This document shows positions 6,436 through 13,115 of a stretch of 41,726 bases of DNA, piece after piece. Each line of letters begins with the position of its first letter. The first letter of the stretch is position 1. The DNA comes from a virus: IMG/VR virus record IMGVR_UViG_3300045988_034074; one strand, given 5' to 3'. The notes beneath the pieces were generated by a model. The model made no database searches, was not told the origin of the DNA, and saw nothing but the letters and a program-made list of their open reading frames with translations. The position numbers and the translations under genes were made by a program.

Positions 6436-6759
6436 ATGCATTTCTCTTTTAAGCCTAAAGGAGTCTGTTGTTGGCAGATTGAGTTCACCTTGACTCCTGT
6501 AGCAAACTTTGATAGGACTGAGGTAGTGCCAAATGAATATTGTGTAACACATATTAAGTTCACTGGTGGCTGCCAAGGTAACTTGAGTTTCATTGCAAAG
6601 CGACTTACAGGCTACACTGCTGCTTGCATTATCGCTACTACAAAGGGACACAAGTGTGGTACTAGACCCACCTCATGCATGAATGAGTTTAGTAAGTGTC
6701 TTGAGAACGCTGTAGAGATTATGAATGACAAGGAGTGGACGTTAGATGACTGCTTTTAA
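6436..6759 (+). CDS. Standalone TSCPD-domain (TIGR03905-like) cysteine-rich protein (107 aa)
   Basis: KGVC..I.F, FTGGCQGN and CGTRPTSCMNEF match the GGCxGN and TSCPD signature of the family, with the conserved Cys positions. RBS is AAAGGAGG. Confidence 0.65.
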   Translation: MHFSFKPKGVCCWQIEFTLTPVANFDRTEVVPNEYCVTHIKFTGGCQGNLSFIAKRLTGYTAACIIATTKGHKCGTRPTSCMNEFSKCLENAVEIMNDKEWTLDDCF

Positions 6760-7045
6760 GTACAGAGTAGGCAAGTTCAAGCTCGGAGATCTGGTCTATG
6801 CCCCCTTCCATGGCTATGGAATGGTGACAGAGATTCTCAAAGAGCCATGTGTCTATCCTATTGTAGTCACATGGTTTGCAACCAATGTACATCTGGTCGA
6901 AAGTGAAAGCACATTCACAGAAGATGGTTATCTGTCTGTCTATGCTAAAGAGGAGGATGCTTTGAAAATCACAGTAGTTAAGAGAAAACACAAGCATGGC
7001 AGGAAGCTCTTAAATCGCTTCAGAGAGTTCCTCAAGGGTGAGTAA
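6746..7045 (+). CDS. Protein with a single Tudor-like module (99 aa)
   Basis: FKLGDLVYAPFHGYGMVTEI...YPIVVTW...FTEDGY is the same module that repeats four times in the next gene. RBS is AAGGAG. Confidence 0.7.
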   Translation: MTAFKYRVGKFKLGDLVYAPFHGYGMVTEILKEPCVYPIVVTWFATNVHLVESESTFTEDGYLSVYAKEEDALKITVVKRKHKHGRKLLNRFREFLKGE

Positions 7046-7075
7046 GTAAATTATACTAAGAACCCTTGCAAACAC

Positions 7076-7109
7076 CTTAGAAACGATTTTGGAGCATCCT
7101 ATGGCTATT
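7076..7109 (+). promoter_or_regulatory. Conserved roughly 35-nt element, copy A (CTTAGAAACGATTTTGGAGCATCCTATGGCTATT)
   Basis: Shares 15 consecutive nt plus further blocks with 40351-40385. Both copies are intergenic. Confidence 0.5.
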
Positions 7110-7131
7110 CTAAGAAAAGAAGGAGGTTATT

Positions 7132-8391
7132 ATGTTTCATGTAGGTGATGAGGTCTATTCCGGAAGATTCGGTGAAGGCATTGTAACGGATGTTGATAAC
7201 AACGACCTGTACATCTATCCTATTCATGTTCAGTGGAAGGATAGCTGCAAGAGAAGCATTTTTACGCCAGAAGGTCGATATAATATCAGCTTTAATGACC
7301 CTGATGTTGACATTTGTATCCTGAAAGTTGGTAAGTTTAAGGTAGGCGATCATGTCTACTCTAAGCACTTTGGTGAAGGTGTAGTGGAACACATTGACGA
7401 CCCTAAGACGAATACATATCCAGTTCAGGTATATTGGATAGGTGCATGTCCTAGGTCTTTCAACTCTTGTGAGTTCTACACACCTGATGGGAAGTTCAAT
7501 AAGTTATACCCTCAGCCTGACAATGACATTATTCATATGTTCAAGCTCACCGATAGAGTCTTTTATCCTTACTACGGCAGAGGTACAGTAGTTGGAGACT
7601 TTAAGACCGATGTTCCATACCCTATTAGAGTCTTTTGGGACAAGCCATATTTTGCGGATGAACCATATAGTTCGTTTACAAGGGATGGGCGTATGTCACT
7701 TCATATGATTGATGGGGATGAGAATTTCAAACTTATGCTGTTAAAAGATATTCCTAAAGAGGAGACAGGAGAGAGCGAAGTGGGACAGATTGCAGGGGTT
7801 ATCAATTATGACATTGCAAAAAAGATGCATGAAGATGAAGAAAAAAGGAGTGTTGAAGGTAAAAAATTTAAGGTAGGAGAACGTGTTTGGTCTCCCTACT
7901 TTGGTGGTGGTGTCGTAACAAAGAATGAAGCAGCTGACAATTTCCCGATTGAAGTTCATTGGGATGATGGTCATCTGGTGGACTATGATTTCTTCATGGC
8001 AGATGGCAAGTTTAACGAAAGTGGCACTCATCCTGAAATGGGTATCTATCACATTGACCCTGAATATGCTGCTAAGGTACTTCCAGATATCATGAAGGAA
8101 CTCGCAGATGAAGATGATGAAGGCACTGTAGAGCGTATGGAAGATGCACTCAACAAGAAGACAGAAGATGCTGTCAACCCAGCCCATTACAAGGTAGAGG
8201 GTCTTCCTGAAGCTATTGACATTATCAACCATTTGATGCATCGGGAGCAGTATGAGGGATTCCTTTGGGGGAACATCCTGAAGTACGCCTATCGCTATGG
8301 CAGAAAAGGGGGCAAAGCAGAGACCGCCGGAAAGATCGCGTGGTACGCAAATCAGCTCAAGGATTTAGCAGAGGAAGGTGACAAGAAATGA
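7132..8391 (+). CDS. Four Tudor-like repeats fused to a C-terminal DUF3310 (T7 gp1.7-like) domain (419 aa)
   Basis: Repeats FHVGDEVYSGRFGEGIV.., FKVGDHVYSKHFGEGVV.., FKLTDRVFYPYYGRGTV.. and FKVGERVWSPYFGGGVV.., each ending in a xTxDGxF-type motif (FTPEGRY, YTPDGKF, FTRDGRM, FMADGKF). The C-terminus NPAHYK...GNILKYAYRYGRKGG is DUF3310-like. The gene sits where T7 has gene 1.7. Confidence 0.8.
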   Translation: MFHVGDEVYSGRFGEGIVTDVDNNDLYIYPIHVQWKDSCKRSIFTPEGRYNISFNDPDVDICILKVGKFKVGDHVYSKHFGEGVVEHIDDPKTNTYPVQVYWIGACPRSFNSCEFYTPDGKFNKLYPQPDNDIIHMFKLTDRVFYPYYGRGTVVGDFKTDVPYPIRVFWDKPYFADEPYSSFTRDGRMSLHMIDGDENFKLMLLKDIPKEETGESEVGQIAGVINYDIAKKMHEDEEKRSVEGKKFKVGERVWSPYFGGGVVTKNEAADNFPIEVHWDDGHLVDYDFFMADGKFNESGTHPEMGIYHIDPEYAAKVLPDIMKELADEDDEGTVERMEDALNKKTEDAVNPAHYKVEGLPEAIDIINHLMHREQYEGFLWGNILKYAYRYGRKGGKAETAGKIAWYANQLKDLAEEGDKK

Positions 8392-8678
8392 CTCTTGAAG
8401 AACTCTTAGAGGTAGTTCCAGATAACTACCCACTTGGTCTTATGGATTCTGACCCAGATAATTATTCTATTCTGGTCTTTGGCAATAAGAAAGACATCAT
8501 TTTTGGCTATGGGCAGAGAGCAAGACTTCTTCCTGAACAGGTGAAGAACTTGAAAGTCGTAGCTATCCATCCCGGTGCTAAACCATATCTTCCAGATGAT
8601 ACTGATATGTATGGTGATGATGCTATTGAACTGCATGTGATTACTAAACTGCTGATTGAGGTGTCTCAGGATGACTAA
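8388..8678 (+). CDS. Hypothetical protein (96 aa)
   Basis: ATGA start/stop overlap with the upstream gene. Confidence 0.6.
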   Translation: MTLEELLEVVPDNYPLGLMDSDPDNYSILVFGNKKDIIFGYGQRARLLPEQVKNLKVVAIHPGAKPYLPDDTDMYGDDAIELHVITKLLIEVSQDD

Positions 8679-8946
8679 GAAACAGTGCATCATCATCGGC
8701 ATTATTTCAGCTATTGTGTCTGGTATCTTCATGTACCTGATGAAATACTTTCCGTATGAATTTGCTCAGGTACTGTTCTGGCTCGTGTCTTTTGCTTTTT
8801 GCTTCGGATGCTTCTATCTGCTGATTGCTATCATCTGGACAAAAGGAGAGATCTTGCCAAACCCATACCCTACTATCTATCCATTTGACCCTCTCATTGA
8901 GGAGAAAATGAAGGAAATTGAAGAGATGAAGAAGGAGAAGAAATGA
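8671..8946 (+). CDS. Small membrane protein (91 aa, 2-3 TM)
   Basis: In-frame ATG at 8671 overlaps the upstream stop. The core is hydrophobic and the C-terminal tail is charged. Confidence 0.6.
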   Translation: MTKKQCIIIGIISAIVSGIFMYLMKYFPYEFAQVLFWLVSFAFCFGCFYLLIAIIWTKGEILPNPYPTIYPFDPLIEEKMKEIEEMKKEKK

Positions 8947-9557
8947 GAATTAACAATCTTCAGGTTTATGACATGCATAATTCAATCAGAGCCAGTGGGT
9001 ATCCAATGAAAGCCCATTTGGACATTGAAGATCAGCACAGATTCCTTGATGAAAAGGACTGGAAGAGAGCTGTGTCTTTAGCAAGCAGAGCGTCTAACGA
9101 AGGACACGATAACTTCCTGTCTGGAATTGTGGTGTCTTTTGACCTGACATGTACTGTCAAGATGTGGACAGAGTTTGAAAGATACCATTTTGCACAGATT
9201 GTGTCTAGTCAGTCAACTATGCATCGTCTGTCCAAAATGGAACTTGATACAGCATTTACACCATACACAGACCCATGGATTGTCAACCGTCTCAAAGAGT
9301 TGCAGAAGAGATACAATGAAGAACCTAGTGAACAGAACTTCTTGATTCTTCTGTATTCCTGTCCTACTGGTCTGCATCTGACTGCTCGGGTAACGACCAA
9401 CTATAGACAGTTGAAGACAATGTTGAAGCAGAGATACAATCACAAGCTGCCTGAATGGAGAAAGTTCTGTCGTGACATTCTGGAGCAGTGTCCGATGGCT
9501 GCTGAGTTTTTGTTAGGAAAAGGAGTATTTAATGAAGCTGCCAACACTGAAAATTAA
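8943..9557 (+). CDS. thyX: ThyX-family (flavin-dependent thymidylate synthase-like) protein with a non-canonical RHR motif (204 aa)
   Basis: GHDNFLSGIVVSF...FERYHFAQIVSSQSTMHR aligns with ThyX GHETPFEHIVFTF...FRHRIASYNELSGRY, and NYRQL aligns with NARSL. RHR reads RYH here. Confidence 0.55.
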   Translation: MRINNLQVYDMHNSIRASGYPMKAHLDIEDQHRFLDEKDWKRAVSLASRASNEGHDNFLSGIVVSFDLTCTVKMWTEFERYHFAQIVSSQSTMHRLSKMELDTAFTPYTDPWIVNRLKELQKRYNEEPSEQNFLILLYSCPTGLHLTARVTTNYRQLKTMLKQRYNHKLPEWRKFCRDILEQCPMAAEFLLGKGVFNEAANTEN

Positions 9558-9984
9558 GAAGCTGTATGAACATGCATTAGTTCCAAAGAAAATGACCAAA
9601 GGTTCGGTGGGTCTTGATCTGGCTGTGTCTGACCCTGTTACCTTTTTTCCGCATGTAGTGACAAAAGTATACACTGGTCTGGCAATGGCAATCCCTAAAG
9701 GATACCATGGTGAACTTCATATCCGTAGTTCATGGGGACAGAGAGGCATTAGACTTGCCAACTGTACAGGCATTATTGACTCCGACTATAGAGGAGAGAT
9801 TACATTGATGGTCATCAATGATTCTGATACTGTGTATCATGCTCTTGAAGGTAAACGCATTGCACAGTTCGTACTGGTGAAAGACCCAGCATTTAACATT
9901 GAAGAAGTAACTGTATTAGACAAAACTGAACGTGGTAATGGTGGATTTGGTTCTACTGATGAAGAAAACAAAGGAGATAAATAA
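9532..9984 (+). CDS. dut: dUTP pyrophosphatase (150 aa)
   Basis: All five dUTPase motifs are present: GSVGLDL, IRSSWG, GIIDSDYRGE, RIAQ and RGNGGFGST. Confidence 0.93.
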   Translation: MKLPTLKIKKLYEHALVPKKMTKGSVGLDLAVSDPVTFFPHVVTKVYTGLAMAIPKGYHGELHIRSSWGQRGIRLANCTGIIDSDYRGEITLMVINDSDTVYHALEGKRIAQFVLVKDPAFNIEEVTVLDKTERGNGGFGSTDEENKGDK

Positions 9985-9986
9985 TT

Positions 9987-10601
9987 ATGGCAAAGCATGA
10001 ATTTACAACTGGTGTTACCCCGAAGGGAAGCCTTCTGTTCCCTCATATCTATGAACCTGAACAGTATGAAGGCAAAGACGTAGGCTATACGGTCAACATC
10101 AAATTTGATCAGAAGGAAACTGATGCTCTAATTGCAGTCATTGATGAGGAACTGGAGAATGCTAAACATTCTATTAAACTGAAACCGGGGCAGAAGTGGT
10201 CTGCTGAACCGTTCCTTGGCTATAAGGAAGACAAGGATGGAGATATTGTCTTTAAGTTCAAAGCAAACTCTCATTACACGACAAAATCTGGTGAGACTCA
10301 TAAGGTCACTATCTCAGTCTTTGATGCACATGGTAAGCCGATCAAAGAACCGCTGTCTATCGGTAACGGAACTATTGCTAAGGTTGCATACACTCTTGTA
10401 CCATACTGGATTTCTAAGGTGGTCAATGGTATCAAACTCCGTCTTGATGCAGTGCAGATTATTGACCTGAAAGAATACGGACAGAAGGATGCAAAGGGCT
10501 TCGGCTTTGGTGAAGAAGAAGGCTTCTCCGCACCTGAAGAGAAGGAAGAAGACGATTCTCCATTCGCAGAGGAAACAGACGAAGATAACGGAGAGTTCTA
10601 A
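9987..10601 (+). CDS. T7 gp2.5-type single-stranded DNA-binding protein (204 aa)
   Basis: GNGTIAKVAYTLVPYW...IKLRLDAVQII aligns with T7 gp2.5. The C-terminal tail is acidic and ends in DEDNGEF, with a terminal Phe as in T7. Confidence 0.88.
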   Translation: MAKHEFTTGVTPKGSLLFPHIYEPEQYEGKDVGYTVNIKFDQKETDALIAVIDEELENAKHSIKLKPGQKWSAEPFLGYKEDKDGDIVFKFKANSHYTTKSGETHKVTISVFDAHGKPIKEPLSIGNGTIAKVAYTLVPYWISKVVNGIKLRLDAVQIIDLKEYGQKDAKGFGFGEEEGFSAPEEKEEDDSPFAEETDEDNGEF

Positions 10602-10603
10602 AT

Positions 10604-11053
10604 ATGAAGAGGTTTTTCAGTAGGCGAGGAGGTTGGTCTAAGCATGTAGATGCGACCTACAGATCTGGTCTGGAAGACAAAGTAGCAGCACAGCTTAGGG
10701 ATGCAGATATTGATGCGAAGTATGAGGAGTATCAGATTCCATATGAGATTCCAGCTACTTTACATCATTACACTCCTGATTTTGTTTTACCAAACGGTAT
10801 TATTGTAGAGACAAAAGGTGTCTTTGACGTAGATGACAGAAAGAAACATCTGCTCATCAAAAAGCAGTATCCTAAACTGGATATTAGATTTGTCTTTTCA
10901 TCTTCTAAGACACACATTTACAAGGGGTCTAAGACAACGTATGCTGACTGGTGTGACAAATATGGTTTCAAGTTTGCTGATAAATGGATTCCAGACAAAT
11001 GGCTAAGAGAAAGAAAGAGAGCCATCACTGGCTTGATTAAGAAGAAGAAGTAA
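10604..11053 (+). CDS. Endonuclease I, T7 gp3-type Holliday junction resolvase (149 aa)
   Basis: SGLEDKVAAQL, HHYTPDFVLPNGIIVETKG, DRKKHLLIKKQYP and IRFVFSSS closely match T7 endonuclease I. Confidence 0.93.
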   Translation: MKRFFSRRGGWSKHVDATYRSGLEDKVAAQLRDADIDAKYEEYQIPYEIPATLHHYTPDFVLPNGIIVETKGVFDVDDRKKHLLIKKQYPKLDIRFVFSSSKTHIYKGSKTTYADWCDKYGFKFADKWIPDKWLRERKRAITGLIKKKK

Positions 11054-11073
11054 TTGAGACAAGAAACAGAGAA
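11051..11073 (+). promoter_or_regulatory. Phage RNAP promoter P3 (TAATTGAGACAAGAAACAGAGAA)
   Basis: Identical 21-nt core. It lies 16 nt upstream of the gp3.5-like gene. Confidence 0.7.
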
Positions 11074-11088
11074 GAGGAGGTGAACTAA

Positions 11089-11451
11089 GTGGCGTTCGTG
11101 AATTTGAAGTTTAGAAAGAGAACGGACACCTACTATATCTATATCGTCAAGAAAGATCTGAAAGGCACAGCTTTAGAAGATCTTAGAAATAAATGCATGA
11201 GGAGAGGTGGTCTTGATACAGGATTCCATTTCATTGTGCGAGCAAATGGTGCAGTGGAAGTAGATAGGGTTGAATATGCATATGCTGGTTGGTGGTTCGA
11301 GCATGAAGACAAAGCTCTTGCCATTCTTATAGACACAGCTGGTGACGATAAAGTGACGATGGCAGCTAAGAAGGCTGTCAAAGAGATCACATCTAAGTAT
11401 CCAAATGCAAAGATTATGGAAACAAATGATGCTGGTGATATGGAGGGTTGA
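11089..11451 (+). CDS. T7 gp3.5 (lysozyme/amidase)-like protein lacking the zinc ligands; probable RNAP regulator (120 aa)
   Basis: GTG start with RBS GAGGAGG. VNLKFRKRTDTYYIYIV and DTGFHFIVRANGAVEVDR align with T7 VQFKQRESTDAIFVHCS and DVGYHFIIKRDGTVEAGR. The H17 position is Y, and the protein ends before H122 and C130. Confidence 0.7.
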   Translation: MAFVNLKFRKRTDTYYIYIVKKDLKGTALEDLRNKCMRRGGLDTGFHFIVRANGAVEVDRVEYAYAGWWFEHEDKALAILIDTAGDDKVTMAAKKAVKEITSKYPNAKIMETNDAGDMEG

Positions 11452-11456
11452 GTTTA

Positions 11457-13100
11457 ATGGAAGAGCTAGAGAGTACCGCAATTCGAGTACATCTGCCATG
11501 TCCAGATTGCGGTTCTCACGATGCTCTCTGTGAGTATAGCGATGGTCATACATATTGCTTCTCGTGCAAGACCTATCATAGTGGAGAAGAGGGCAGAGGA
11601 GGGGGTCATAACAAAAAGATCATTCCTATCGACAATATGAAACTGGACTCACTGAGAGCTAGGGGGATTACAGAAGTAACATGTCAGGCTTACTCATATT
11701 ACAAAGTCAGAATGGATGGTGGCTGGTGTCAGGTAGCGAACTACTTTGATGACGATGGAAAGATCGTTGGGCAGAAGCTCAGGTTCGCTAACAAGATCTT
11801 TAAGACAAGAGGTGATATCTCTACAAGATTCTACGGACAGCAAAAGTGGGCTGGTGGCGGTGGTAAGAAACTGGTCATCACAGAAGGTGAGATTGATTGT
11901 TTAACTGTGTCTCAGCTTCAGGGAAATAAATACCCTGTTGTGTCTATCCCGCTGGGCGTTGGTTCTGCTAAAAAGGTCTTTAAGGCAAACATGGATTGGC
12001 TGAACTCTTTTGAACAGGTCATTGTAATGTTTGACATGGACGAAGCAGGAAGGAAAGCAGTGAAGAGCATTGAGGGTCTTCTGAAACCTAATAAGCTATA
12101 CATTGCTAATCTTCCGCTCAAAGACCCAAATGAATGTTTGCTGAATGGCAAAGGACAGGACGTTATCAAAGCTATCTGGTCTGCAAAACCATACATGCCC
12201 GATGGCATTATTAACGGTAAAGACACATGGGATGAAGTATCCAAAGAAGATGACAATGACAAAGGCTATCCGTATCCATGGGATATTGATCTCAATAAGA
12301 TGACTATGGGTATTCGTAAAGGAGAGCTGACAGTCTTGACCGCTGGCACTGGCGTTGGGAAGACAACTTTTGTAAGAGAGATTGCCTATGATATGGGTGT
12401 CAACAAACATCTTAAAGTAGGCATGCTGATGCTTGAAGAGAACGTGAAGAGGACAGTCAAAGGTCTTATGTCTATCGCAGCTGGCAAAAGACTCTACATC
12501 AATAGGCAGGGTCTATCTGATGAAGAGTTCAGAGCAGCTTTTGATAAGACAATGGGGACAGGAAACTATGTTCTTTATGAACACTTTGGGTCACTTGAAG
12601 GTGACAATCTGATGGACAAAATTAGGTACATGGCTGTAGGTGAAAAATGTGACTTTATCATACTAGATCATGTATCTATCGCTGTCTCTGGTATCGAAGG
12701 AGACAACGAACGAAAGCTGATAGATGTGCTTATGACAACTATGAGATCTCTTGTCGAGGAGACTGGGGTTGGTCTTATAGTCATTTCACATCTTCGGCGA
12801 GTTCCTGACCAGCAGTCACATGAAGAAGGTGGGTCTACTTCTTTGTCCCAGCTTCGTGGTTCAGGAGCTATAGCACAGCTTGCAGATACAGTTATTGGTC
12901 TGGAGAGAAATCAGCAAGCAGAGGGTCGCAAGAAGAACCTTGTGAGAGTCCGTGTTCTGAAGAACAGATGGACAGGCGAAACAGGGATTGCTGGCTACTT
13001 GTATTATGATAGAGACACAGACAGATTGACTGCGGTTGATAGGCTGACTGATTTTGAAGATGATGAAGATAATGAGGAGGACACTGATTGTCCTTTTTAA
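11457..13100 (+). CDS. T7 gp4-type primase-helicase (547 aa from the ATG at 11457)
   Basis: N-terminal zinc ribbon CPDCGSHDALCEYSDGHTYCFSC, a TOPRIM region, Walker A GTGVGKTT and ILDH Walker B. The track start (TTG at 11448) is an alternative. Confidence 0.93.
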   Translation: MEELESTAIRVHLPCPDCGSHDALCEYSDGHTYCFSCKTYHSGEEGRGGGHNKKIIPIDNMKLDSLRARGITEVTCQAYSYYKVRMDGGWCQVANYFDDDGKIVGQKLRFANKIFKTRGDISTRFYGQQKWAGGGGKKLVITEGEIDCLTVSQLQGNKYPVVSIPLGVGSAKKVFKANMDWLNSFEQVIVMFDMDEAGRKAVKSIEGLLKPNKLYIANLPLKDPNECLLNGKGQDVIKAIWSAKPYMPDGIINGKDTWDEVSKEDDNDKGYPYPWDIDLNKMTMGIRKGELTVLTAGTGVGKTTFVREIAYDMGVNKHLKVGMLMLEENVKRTVKGLMSIAAGKRLYINRQGLSDEEFRAAFDKTMGTGNYVLYEHFGSLEGDNLMDKIRYMAVGEKCDFIILDHVSIAVSGIEGDNERKLIDVLMTTMRSLVEETGVGLIVISHLRRVPDQQSHEEGGSTSLSQLRGSGAIAQLADTVIGLERNQQAEGRKKNLVRVRVLKNRWTGETGIAGYLYYDRDTDRLTAVDRLTDFEDDEDNEEDTDCPF

Positions 13101-13115
13101 TAACTAGGAGGAACT

